Shown here in pieces: positions 20,166 to 29,077 of a stretch of DNA of 64,000 nt. A program made the position numbers and the translations under genes. The stretch is from Candidatus Kuenenia stuttgartensis (GTDB lineage Bacteria > Planctomycetota > Planctomycetia > Pirellulales > UBA1268): positions 16,946-80,945 of the forward strand of contig CAMCYH010000001.1 of NCBI GenBank assembly GCA_945883745.1, in the 5' to 3' direction. The notes beneath the pieces are model-generated. The model had not been told where the DNA came from, did not search any database, and worked only from the letters and a program-made list of their open reading frames with translations. Numbering within the stretch: the stretch's first letter is position 1; each line of letters starts with the position of its first letter.

Positions 20166-21152
20166 TCACTTCAAATGATTGCTCACCGGTACTTCAGGGT
20201 TCACCTGGGCGAGTGGTTTTTCACCGTGCATGGCGTTGATCAGGTTGGTGACTGCCGCCATCGCCTGACGCTGCACGCTCTCGTGGGTGCGGGAGCCGAT
20301 GTGGGGGGTGACGACGCAATTGGGCAGGTGAAGCAGCGGATGGTCGGCCCGGGGCGGCTCCTCGTCGAGCACGTCGGTGCCGTAGCCGAGGACGTGGCCT
20401 GATGCCAACGCGGCGGCAATATCAGCTGTGTTCACGATTTCGCCGCGGGCACAATTGAGGATGATCACGCCCGGCTTCATCTTCGCGATCGTCTTCGCAC
20501 ACACGAGGTCGCGGGTCTCGGAAGTGAGGTTCGTGTGGAGCGAGATGTAGTCGGCCTGGCCGAATAGCTCGTCGAGCGAAGCAGCGCGGGGGATGCCGTG
20601 CTCGGTGGCGAAGGCTTCGTCCCAATAGACGTCGTAGCCAAGCGGCTGCATGCCAAACGCTTTTGCGCGAATCGCCACTTCCTTGCCGATTCGCCCCATG
20701 CCGACAATGCCGATCGTCTTCCCGAGCAGTTCATGGCCGGTCTGCCGCTTCCAGCCCCCAGCGCGGGTCGAGTCAGTATGGAAGAGCAGGTTTTTTTCCA
20801 GCGCCAACAGCAGCAGGAAGGCATGCTCCGCGACCGTCGTATGGTTGACGCCGGGCGTAAAGAGCAGCGGGATGCCAAACTCCGTACACGCTTTCACATC
20901 GATCTTGTCGACGCCGATGCCATACTTCGAAAGCACCTTGAGCCGCGGCCGAGCCTTCTCCAGCACGGTGCGAGTGATTGCGTCGTCGCCGCAGATATAC
21001 CCGTCGATCTCACCGACAAGGGCCAGCGTATCGGCCTCGCTCAGCGGTCCGCGGGCCGTGACGATGTCCCAGCCGGTGGCGGCGAGTTTTGTGTGATGAT
21101 CGCCCGGAGTGTCTTGGAAGGAGGTGGTGGTGACCAGGATGCGGGGCGTCAT
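20166..21152 (-). CDS. D-isomer-specific 2-hydroxyacid dehydrogenase (PGDH/glyoxylate reductase-like)
   Basis: NAD fold GKTIGIVGMGRIGKEVA and catalytic region ISLHTNLTSETRDL, CARGEIV, TPHIGSRT. The gap to the next gene is 3 nt. Confidence 0.9.
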   Translation of the reverse strand: MTPRILVTTTSFQDTPGDHHTKLAATGWDIVTARGPLSEADTLALVGEIDGYICGDDAITRTVLEKARPRLKVLSKYGIGVDKIDVKACTEFGIPLLFTPGVNHTTVAEHAFLLLLALEKNLLFHTDSTRAGGWKRQTGHELLGKTIGIVGMGRIGKEVAIRAKAFGMQPLGYDVYWDEAFATEHGIPRAASLDELFGQADYISLHTNLTSETRDLVCAKTIAKMKPGVIILNCARGEIVNTADIAAALASGHVLGYGTDVLDEEPPRADHPLLHLPNCVVTPHIGSRTHESVQRQAMAAVTNLINAMHGEKPLAQVNPEVPVSNHLK

Positions 21153-21218
21153 TGGCGTATCCAGAAGGTTGGCGGAAAAGTAGCGAAAACCCTGCGTTTG
21201 TTCAACGGCTGTGAATCT

Positions 21219-21836
21219 TCACGCCGAGCCGCCTGGGTGGTCCGTCGACCTGTTTGACAGCGCCTCCACGCGTTCCTGGATGAACGGCTTGAGGAGGGCG
21301 GCGTGAGAGCCGTTCCACTTCCAGAGGTGGCCGTGGCGGCACTCGTTGCTGCCGGGGCCGCTCGTACCGGTGCGGTGGAGCCAATAGTCTTCATCGGGCT
21401 GGATCGGCCAGGCACAGAACTCCGCGTGGCGTTGATGCGGCACCGGAGCCTTGATCCAGCTCCAGTGATTCACATGAAGCAATCGATCAGGGTCGGGGTG
21501 ATCCTTCGTCCAGAGCCGGTATTCGATCTCACGCACGGGCAGGATTCGCGGCCGCACGCTCTCGATCAGTGGCTCACGGCCGGAAAGAAACTGCTCGGCC
21601 ACCGCGATGCCGATGTCCGACGTTGTCAGAACGATGGCATGCGTTGTCGGCAACGCTGCTCCCTCACCGTCGATCCAGGTGGCGAGGTGAGTCGCCAGGA
21701 TCGGCCGCTGGCGCAGCTGTGCCGGGGTCGTGCCTGGCAGAACCGGACGGCCAGCCCGATACCGGCCGACGAAGTCACGTAGCCCTTCCAGCCACCGGGC
21801 CGCTGTTGGAGTCATGCCGAATTCCTCGACACTCAT
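21219..21836 (-). CDS. Hypothetical protein
   Basis: 205-aa ORF from ATG 21836 (MSVEEFG). The composition is ordinary, W/H-rich and not low-complexity. No family recognised. Confidence 0.5.
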   Translation of the reverse strand: MSVEEFGMTPTAARWLEGLRDFVGRYRAGRPVLPGTTPAQLRQRPILATHLATWIDGEGAALPTTHAIVLTTSDIGIAVAEQFLSGREPLIESVRPRILPVREIEYRLWTKDHPDPDRLLHVNHWSWIKAPVPHQRHAEFCAWPIQPDEDYWLHRTGTSGPGSNECRHGHLWKWNGSHAALLKPFIQERVEALSNRSTDHPGGSA

Positions 21837-21875
21837 CCTACAGCGCTCACCCGGCAGCTGGAGGAGGCCCACAGA

Positions 21876-22163
21876 TCAATTATTCCGGAACGTTTCCCGC
21901 AGCCACTCGTTCTTGCGGCGCTCGAGTTCAATGAGCTTCGCAACCGGGCCGCGGCGGGTCTGCTCAACAGACCGGCTGGAACGCTGAGCGGGGCGGGCAG
22001 AACGCTGCTGCACCGCAGCCTGCGGGGCGGCGTCGACGGCAGCCTCGGTAGCGGCTTCGACAGCCGGATTCGGAGCGGCGGCAGGCGTGGGGGCGTCGGC
22101 ACGAAGAACTGACGGGAGAAGCGTGGCAACGACGATCGCGAACAGAGACGCAAGGCGGGTCAT
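21876..22163 (-). CDS. Small secreted hypothetical protein
   Basis: 95-aa ORF from ATG 22163 with a signal-like N-terminus (MTRLASLFAIVVATLLPSVLRA), an A/P-rich linker and a basic C-terminus. No homology recognised. Confidence 0.4.
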   Translation of the reverse strand: MTRLASLFAIVVATLLPSVLRADAPTPAAAPNPAVEAATEAAVDAAPQAAVQQRSARPAQRSSRSVEQTRRGPVAKLIELERRKNEWLRETFRNN

Positions 22164-22290
22164 GAGTATTTCTAGCTCCATCGGGAAAGGGTACCGGCAC
22201 TATGGGATCGGCAGACTCACCGCCAAGCCCCAGCCTGATCTTCAGCCCCCTGCCCGATCGCTACGACCAGCCTGACCAGAATACCCGCGA

Positions 22291-24909
22291 TTAGTGGGCG
22301 TCGCGTTTGAGGCCTGACTGCGACGCCTTTGCGGCCAACGGGTCATCTGGCCATGCGTGCTTGGGATACCGCCGTCGCAGTTCCTTCTTCACTTCGGGAT
22401 AGGTGTTTTTCCAGAAGCTGGCGAGGTCGCTCGTAACCTGTTGCGGCCGATGGTTGGGGCCGAGCAGATGAAGCAATACAGGCACCCGGCCGCCGGCGAT
22501 CCGTGGGGTCTCGGCAATGCCGAAGAGCTCCTGAATACGAACCGCGACGATCGGCTCCTTTCCGGCGTCGTAGCGGATGGCGTGTCGCTTGCCATTCGGC
22601 AGTGCGATCTCAGCTGGCGCGAGCCGGTCGATGTCAGCGAGTCGCTCATACCCTACCGCGGCGTGCAGCCGCGAGAGCCAGTCCGCAGCTTTGACTTCAT
22701 CGAGGGACGTGAGCCCCCTGCACACGTCCGGCAGGATCGCGACGAGCGACGCCGTATCAAACAGAGGAAGCCCCAGATCGGGCATCGCGGCGGCCAGCCA
22801 GCTGACGCGGCTGCGAAACGCCCCTGCGGCCGACTCCGCCTGCGGCGCGACGCGATCAAACTGTGCCGCAGCCTCACGGGCGAGCACGGCCGCCGCCGCC
22901 GCCGCGTCGCTGATGGCGATCGGCGTCTCGTCCAGAAGGAGGTCATCCCAGTACGTACGGCGGCGGGCTTCCACCTGACGCCGCGCTGGTGAAAACACGA
23001 TCTCATCGACCGTCCGCATGTTGGAGGTTGCGAGGTTCGTGGACACCAGCGGCTCCTCGTCGAGCCAGGCCATGTCGATGGCCGACGCCTGCCGCACCCG
23101 CGCCTCACCGCGGTCATCGGCGAGGTCGATCGCCAGCACGAATGGCTCCTGCCGCACCCGCGATCCACCGTCGAGCCGGAGGCCGCGACCGCCCACCATC
23201 GTGGCCCGGTCGCCACTTCCGGGACGGAGCTTGGCCAGCCGATCGGGAAACGCCTCCCACAGCGCCTGCATGAGGGCCGCCGCCGGGTCGGCAGCCCGCG
23301 GTGCGAGATCGGCCTCGACAAGGCGATAGAGCTGCTCAGCGGCCTTGAGCACCGTCCGGCCACCACCGGGGTGGACATCGAGATCTGGGTCTGCGACAGG
23401 CGTGCCAGCGTGAAACGCCTGCAGCGCGATCACGCGGTCGACCACGTCGCTCCGCGTCCGGACGGTCATCCGGTCTCGCGGGCCGCGGCCGGCATGCTGG
23501 CCGGCACGAAAGGGATCCCGCTCCGAAAGCATGGCGGCGGCGATCGACGTCTCCCGGAGCACGCCATGACGTGCCCCGGCGAGCAGAAGCCGGGCCAGTC
23601 GCGGGTGGGTAGGCAATCGGGAGAGCTCACGGCCAAGGAGCGTCACCGCTGGTGCTGCATGCTCACCGCCAGTCGGCGTGTCGATCGCCCCGAGCCGCTT
23701 GAGGAGCGTGATTGCCTGATTCGCGGCCTCAGCCGACGGTTCATCAAGCCAGGGAAACGCCTCCTGCTCGCCCAGCACAAGCAGCTGCAGGAGCGGCCCG
23801 GCAAGATCACCCCGCAAGACCTCGGGTGTGTCGGCCGCCGGCCGAACATGGTGCGCAGCCTCGTCCCACAGCCGCCAACAGCGGCCCGGCCCCGTTCGTC
23901 CGGCTCTGCCCGCCCGCTGCTCGGCCGAAGCCTGAGAGATCGGAATCAGCTCCAGTCGCGGCAGCCCGGTTGCCGCCGCCACCCGCATCTGCCGCACCAG
24001 CCCCGAATCGATGACCGCGGTGATGCCGGGAATTGTCAGCGAGGTTTCCGCGACGTTCGTTGAGAGAATGATCTTGCGGCGGCCGACATCATCGAGCACG
24101 CGATCCTGCTGCTCAGGTGGCAGGTCGCCGAAGAGCGTGAACAAGGCATGCCCCTGCCGGCTGGCCACGTCGGCGAGCATCCGCTCGCACTGGATGATCT
24201 CACCCACGCCGGGCAAGAAGACAAGAACATGGCCGTCCGTGGTCTTGAGTGCCTCGGGCACGGCCGCCGTAACCCGCTCCGGAAGTGGCCGCTGATCGCC
24301 CCGCTTCTGATAGCGAACCTCGACTGGATAGAGTCGGCCATCGGCGGTGACGACAGGGCATGGACCGGCCTTTCCACCGAGCAGGCGGGCGACCGGTTCC
24401 GTGGCCAGCGTCGCGCTCATCACGATCACCCGCAGGTCGGGCCGCACGGTCTGCCGGAGCCGCACGAGCAGGCCGAGGACAAGATCCATTTCGACCGACC
24501 GCTCATGAAACTCATCGAGCACGACCGCGCCAATGCCATCAAGTGCGATGTCACTCAGCAGCCTACGCAGCATGATGCCGGTGGTCTCGACGACGAGACG
24601 GGTCGCGCGGCTGGTGCGGGAATCGAATCGCACCTGGTATCCCACCTCGCCGCCGAGATCGGAGCCACGCAGCCGGGCGATCTGGTGGGCGACGGACCGT
24701 GCCGCCAGCCGGCGTGGCTGCAGCAACACGACGGTTTGGTCGGCCGGCAGGTCATCGAGCACCGCCGCCGGCACGAGCATCGTCTTGCCGGAGCCGGGGG
24801 GGGCGGTGATGACGGCCGCCCCGGTCCGCGAGGCAGCCACGGCCTCATTGAGGACCGCAGCGACCGGCAGGTCATCGGGCAGAAGCCACGTTGGGGCACC
24901 GCCTGTCAT
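22291..24909 (-). CDS. hrpB: ATP-dependent RNA helicase HrpB (DEAH-box)
   Basis: Motifs APPGSGKT, VVLDEFHERS, VMSATL, TNVAETSLTIPG and QRAGRAGR, plus the long HrpB-type C-terminal region. 872 aa. Confidence 0.93.
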   Translation of the reverse strand: MTGGAPTWLLPDDLPVAAVLNEAVAASRTGAAVITAPPGSGKTMLVPAAVLDDLPADQTVVLLQPRRLAARSVAHQIARLRGSDLGGEVGYQVRFDSRTSRATRLVVETTGIMLRRLLSDIALDGIGAVVLDEFHERSVEMDLVLGLLVRLRQTVRPDLRVIVMSATLATEPVARLLGGKAGPCPVVTADGRLYPVEVRYQKRGDQRPLPERVTAAVPEALKTTDGHVLVFLPGVGEIIQCERMLADVASRQGHALFTLFGDLPPEQQDRVLDDVGRRKIILSTNVAETSLTIPGITAVIDSGLVRQMRVAAATGLPRLELIPISQASAEQRAGRAGRTGPGRCWRLWDEAAHHVRPAADTPEVLRGDLAGPLLQLLVLGEQEAFPWLDEPSAEAANQAITLLKRLGAIDTPTGGEHAAPAVTLLGRELSRLPTHPRLARLLLAGARHGVLRETSIAAAMLSERDPFRAGQHAGRGPRDRMTVRTRSDVVDRVIALQAFHAGTPVADPDLDVHPGGGRTVLKAAEQLYRLVEADLAPRAADPAAALMQALWEAFPDRLAKLRPGSGDRATMVGGRGLRLDGGSRVRQEPFVLAIDLADDRGEARVRQASAIDMAWLDEEPLVSTNLATSNMRTVDEIVFSPARRQVEARRRTYWDDLLLDETPIAISDAAAAAAVLAREAAAQFDRVAPQAESAAGAFRSRVSWLAAAMPDLGLPLFDTASLVAILPDVCRGLTSLDEVKAADWLSRLHAAVGYERLADIDRLAPAEIALPNGKRHAIRYDAGKEPIVAVRIQELFGIAETPRIAGGRVPVLLHLLGPNHRPQQVTSDLASFWKNTYPEVKKELRRRYPKHAWPDDPLAAKASQSGLKRDAH

Positions 24910-24938
24910 CGTGCTCTTCGATCCACTGAGGACTGCCG

Positions 24939-26033
24939 TCAGGAGACTGGGTATGCAGGGAAATCGGTGTAGCCGCGGCCGCCCTGTGGAGAATACCAGT
25001 CGGCCATCGGGGCCGGGGCGGCGAGGGGCCAGCCGTGGGCGAACCGGTCGACGAGGTCGGGGTTGCTGATGTACGGGCGGCCGAAAGCAATCAGGTCGGC
25101 AGCCCCGGAGGTGATGGCTGCCTCGGCGGTCTCCTGCGTGTAGCCACAGTTGCCCATGAGCGGCCCACGAAACACCTTCCGAAACTCGGCCAACGTCATC
25201 GCCTTAGCGAGTTCGTGGAAGCCGAAGCCGAGGCCATCGACCACGTGGAGATAGGCCAGTCCGAATGGATCGAGGGCCCGCGCTGCGGCCGTGAATTGGT
25301 CGCGGAAGTCGGGCGATCCCATATCGTTGAACGAGCCATTGGGCGACAGCCGCACGCCCACGCGGCTGGCCGGCCAGACACTGGTGACCGCCTCGACCAC
25401 GTCGCGGAGAAAGCGGCAGCGGTTGATCACGTTGCCGCCGTAGGCATCGGTGCGATGATTGGTCTTCGACTGCAGAAACTGATCGATCAGATAGCCATTG
25501 GCGGCATGGACTTCGACACCATCGAAGCCCGCCTCCTTGGCCCGGGCCGCCGCGGTGCGGTAGTCATCGACCACACGGGGGATCTCGGCCGTGTCGAGTG
25601 ACCGTGGTGTTTCGTACGGCTGCTTGCCGGCAGTCGTGGGGATGCCGTCGCCGTTGATCGGAATCGGCGAGGGGGCGACCGGCAGGCTGCCGCCATGAAA
25701 ACTGCTGTGCGATGCCCGGCCCATGTGCCACAACTGGAGAAAGATGCGGCCGCCATGGTTGTGCACTGCCTGGGTGACCGTTTTCCAGCCTGCGACCATG
25801 GCGTCGGAATAGATGCCTGGAGACTCAAGCCAGCCGTTGGCCTCAGATGAGATCGTCGTGGCCTCGGAGATTATCAGCCCGGCACTCGCCCGCTGGGTGT
25901 AGTACTGGGCCATCACGGCATTGGGAATCCGCTCAGAACCGGCCCGTGAGCGGGTAAGTGGGGCCATGACCATGCGGTTGGGAAGTGGCAGTCCGTGCAG
26001 ATCGAAGGGCTGCAGAAGTGGCGAGGCGTGCAT
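24939..26033 (-). CDS. Old Yellow Enzyme family NADH:flavin oxidoreductase (N-ethylmaleimide reductase-like)
   Basis: Motifs PNRMVMAPLTRSRA, LQLWHMGR and GVEVHAANGYLIDQFL. Confidence 0.92.
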   Translation of the reverse strand: MHASPLLQPFDLHGLPLPNRMVMAPLTRSRAGSERIPNAVMAQYYTQRASAGLIISEATTISSEANGWLESPGIYSDAMVAGWKTVTQAVHNHGGRIFLQLWHMGRASHSSFHGGSLPVAPSPIPINGDGIPTTAGKQPYETPRSLDTAEIPRVVDDYRTAAARAKEAGFDGVEVHAANGYLIDQFLQSKTNHRTDAYGGNVINRCRFLRDVVEAVTSVWPASRVGVRLSPNGSFNDMGSPDFRDQFTAAARALDPFGLAYLHVVDGLGFGFHELAKAMTLAEFRKVFRGPLMGNCGYTQETAEAAITSGAADLIAFGRPYISNPDLVDRFAHGWPLAAPAPMADWYSPQGGRGYTDFPAYPVS

Positions 26034-26053
26034 GCCGGCTACAATATCGCACG

Positions 26054-26506
26054 ATGCCTGTTTTCGACTACACCTTTACGGTCAATGCCCCGGTCTCTGC
26101 CGTGCGTGATTTCCATCACGACACCAGTGCCCTCAAGCGGCTCACGCCGCCCCCCACCATCGTGCGGCTGCATTCAATCGAGCCGCTCGCCGAGGGGTCG
26201 GTGTCGAAGTTCACGCTGTGGGTCGGCCCCCTGCCCCTCCGTTGGACCGCTGTGCATAAGAATGTATCGGACACCGGCTTCACCGACATTCAGGCCGAGG
26301 GCCCGGCGAAGAAATGGGAGCACACGCATTCCTTCGTGCCGCTCTCCGATTCGGTCACGGAGATCCGCGAACACATCGAATATGAGCACAAGGCCGGCCC
26401 GTGGGGCATTGTCACTCGCCTCCTGTTTTCGTGGCCCAACCTGATGTTCATGTTTGGCTACCGTTGCTGGGCCACCCGTCGCGGCCTCAAGCAAGGCAGG
26501 CGCTAG
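26054..26506 (+). CDS. SRPBCC (START/cyclase-dehydrase-like) family protein
   Basis: 150-aa protein from ATG 26054 (MPVFDYTFTVNAPVSAVRDFHHD). The pattern is typical of polyketide_cyc2/SRPBCC ligand-binding proteins. Family-level call only. Confidence 0.7.
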   Translation: MPVFDYTFTVNAPVSAVRDFHHDTSALKRLTPPPTIVRLHSIEPLAEGSVSKFTLWVGPLPLRWTAVHKNVSDTGFTDIQAEGPAKKWEHTHSFVPLSDSVTEIREHIEYEHKAGPWGIVTRLLFSWPNLMFMFGYRCWATRRGLKQGRR

Positions 26507-28092
26507 CCTGTCACTCGCTTCACGAACGCGGGATCTTCCGCGTCCCACGGGCTGACCACCACGAGCCTCGCCCCCGGTACGGCGGCCACTTCCTCCCGCG
26601 TGATCGGCTGGCGGCTGCCCAGCTGCGATCGCACCACGTCGAGCGATGCATCGGAGGCATCGGTGCCGGCGGCCTGCCGCGCTGCCACGCGAGCCAGCAC
26701 AAACTCTGCCGGCACATCGAGCTCGAGCCACACGAGGGGTACTCCCACATCCCGAGCCACCGCCGCCAGCATGTCTCGCTGTCGACGGATGTTGCAGGTG
26801 GCATCGATCACGACGTTCGTGCCAGCCCGCAGCAGGGTCGCGGCGAGGGTCGCGAGCCGCTGATACACACGGTCGGTCATCTCCGTCGCATACAACTCGC
26901 CGGCGTGGCTCTCGTCCGCCGGCCGGTCGGTGGCCGCCATCCCGGCGAGTCGTTTCCTCTCCACATCGCTCCGCAGGCGAACCGCCCCGCAGGCGTCGAT
27001 GATCCGGCCGGCGAGCGTGGTCTTTCCCGTACCCGACACGCCTGACGTCACGAAGAGCCGAGGCTGGCGGGTCGCTGTGAGGCTCATGGCGAGGTCGAGA
27101 TAGCGGTCGCTGTCGCGGCCCGCAGCCTCGGCAGCGGCGGCGTCGCCGACCGCGGTCGCCTGCCCCAGCCGGATGGCGGCCACCGCTGCCCGCACGATGG
27201 CCCGGTAGACCATGTAGACGGGCAGGACCTCGGCGGCGGCGTGGTCATCGGCCACCTCCATCCAGGCATTCAGCACACGCGCCGCAAAGTCTGGCCGCCC
27301 CCGAGCATGCAGATCCATCGCGAGGAAGGCGACGTCGTTGGCAACGTCGATCCACCGCAGCGACTCGTTGAACTCGATGCCGTCGAAGGCCATCAACTGG
27401 CCGTTGTGAAGGACGATGTTGGCCAGATGGAGGTCGCCGTGGCACTCGCGAATCTTTCCCGCCACCACGCGGTCCTCGATCGCGGGGCCAACCTGGTCAA
27501 CCTCGGCATCGATCCAAGCCTGCAGGGAATCAGCCTGCTGAGCGATCTGCGGCCGTGCTCTCCTGAGCTGGTCGAGGTTCATCGCCACGGTGGCGGCCAA
27601 GGCGCTGGGCGTGCCCCAGCCGGCCTGTGAGTCGGCGACGGCCAGCCGTGCCTCGACATGCGCGATTTCCGCGCCGAGCCGCTCGCAGTCGTCGGCTGAG
27701 AGCTTTCTGTCGTCGAAGAGCCGATCAAGACGGCCGGCCTCGTCAAACTGCCGGAGCTTCACCGCCCACTCGATCGCGTCGCCCTTACCATCGACCATTG
27801 CCTCATGCGCCGGGCCCGCAATTGGCACCACGCCCAGATAGAGGTCGGGGGCAAACCGTCCGCTCAGCCGCACCTCCTCCTCGCAAAACTGCCGCCGCCG
27901 CTCGAGTGTCGAGAAATCAAGGAAGCCAAGGCTACACGGCTTCTTTACTTTGTAGACAACGTCTCCCGTCAGAAAGACCCACGAGATGTGGGTCTCGATC
28001 AGGCGGATGCCGGTGGTCGGATGGGGGTAGGCAGCTGGATCGAGAAGCCGGATGACGAGGGATGGTGATGATTCAGCCACGTTCGACTCCAT
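26503..28092 (-). CDS. Bifunctional aminoglycoside-phosphotransferase-like kinase / P-loop ATPase protein
   Basis: The N-terminal APH/ePK-like half has HGDLHLANIVL. The C-terminal half has the Walker A motif GVSGTGKTTLA. The gene overlaps the convergent SRPBCC gene by 4 nt. Confidence 0.8.
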   Translation of the reverse strand: MESNVAESSPSLVIRLLDPAAYPHPTTGIRLIETHISWVFLTGDVVYKVKKPCSLGFLDFSTLERRRQFCEEEVRLSGRFAPDLYLGVVPIAGPAHEAMVDGKGDAIEWAVKLRQFDEAGRLDRLFDDRKLSADDCERLGAEIAHVEARLAVADSQAGWGTPSALAATVAMNLDQLRRARPQIAQQADSLQAWIDAEVDQVGPAIEDRVVAGKIRECHGDLHLANIVLHNGQLMAFDGIEFNESLRWIDVANDVAFLAMDLHARGRPDFAARVLNAWMEVADDHAAAEVLPVYMVYRAIVRAAVAAIRLGQATAVGDAAAAEAAGRDSDRYLDLAMSLTATRQPRLFVTSGVSGTGKTTLAGRIIDACGAVRLRSDVERKRLAGMAATDRPADESHAGELYATEMTDRVYQRLATLAATLLRAGTNVVIDATCNIRRQRDMLAAVARDVGVPLVWLELDVPAEFVLARVAARQAAGTDASDASLDVVRSQLGSRQPITREEVAAVPGARLVVVSPWDAEDPAFVKRVTG

Positions 28093-28227
28093 GCTCGAGA
28101 AGACCAGCAGAGTGTATGCGGCGGCCCGCTTTTGGTGATCGGCTCGGTGCCTTTGATCGCAGCGGCGCTGTGTGCGACAATTCTGTCAGGCGGTCCGGGC
28201 TCAGGAAATGTTTCGAGGCGTGGCCGC

Positions 28228-29070
28228 ATGAAACTGGCGATTCGGTATCGGGCAGAGTATCGCTACGAAGCTCCGGCCTCGCTTTCGATTCACGTGCTGC
28301 GGCTCTTTCCTCGGCCCGATCCGCTGGTACGAATCGAACGGCAGTCGCTCGTCACGGTCGATGGAGCGAGCGCTCACTTTCGCCGCGACCTGTTCGACAA
28401 TGTGGTGGCGGCCTGCTTCTTCCCAGACGAACTGCCGCGGCTACCAATCAGCCTCGATCTTGAACTCGAGGTCGGGGAACGGAATCCATTCGGTTTTCTG
28501 CTCGAGCCTCGCGGGCTACGGATCCCCTGCGACTACACGCCCGAGGAGCGTCGGCTTCTCGCCCCATTTCTCCGGCCGACGCAGTCTGCCGCGTGGCCCG
28601 GACCGCTGGCGGTCGCGAGCCGCCCGACGCTCGAGGGCCTCGTCGCCATGAACCGCTGGATCGCCGAGACCATCTGCTACGAGCGGCGGGAAAATGGCGA
28701 GCCGCTCTCCGTCGGCGAGACGCTCGCCCGCGGCCGCGGAGCCTGCCGTGATGTGGCTGTGCTCCTGGCGGAAGCGGTCCGACACAACGGCCTGGCAGCG
28801 CGGCTGGTATCTGGCTACTTGTTTGAAGGTGCGATGGCCGAGGACAGCCGCCGGGCATCGAGCGCGATGCACGCCTGGGTCGAGGTCTACCTTCCCGGCG
28901 CCGGCTGGGTTGGGCTCGATCCGACCCACGGCGTCCTATGCGATCACTGCTTTGTACCGACCGCAGTGGGGCTCTCCCCTGCCGACATCGCCCCAGTGAG
29001 CGGGACCTATTTCAGCGACACGCCCGTCGGAAGCACCCTTTCGTCATCGCTCGCTGTGGTCAGGCCGTGA
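28228..29070 (+). CDS. Transglutaminase-like family protein
   Basis: N-terminal Bact_transglu_N-like start MKLAIRYRAEYRYE. The catalytic core has Cys in GRGACRDVAVLLAEA and His/Asp in HAWVEVYLPGAGWVGLDPT. Confidence 0.85.
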   Translation: MKLAIRYRAEYRYEAPASLSIHVLRLFPRPDPLVRIERQSLVTVDGASAHFRRDLFDNVVAACFFPDELPRLPISLDLELEVGERNPFGFLLEPRGLRIPCDYTPEERRLLAPFLRPTQSAAWPGPLAVASRPTLEGLVAMNRWIAETICYERRENGEPLSVGETLARGRGACRDVAVLLAEAVRHNGLAARLVSGYLFEGAMAEDSRRASSAMHAWVEVYLPGAGWVGLDPTHGVLCDHCFVPTAVGLSPADIAPVSGTYFSDTPVGSTLSSSLAVVRP

Positions 29071-29077
29071 CCACGAC

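Noticed and set aside
19038-20402. 454-aa plus-strand ORF spanning the Ldh2 and 2-hydroxyacid dehydrogenase genes.
   Set aside because: It crosses a gene boundary on the opposite strand, has low-complexity G/R/H/V-rich content and shows no family motifs. Both minus-strand genes are well supported.
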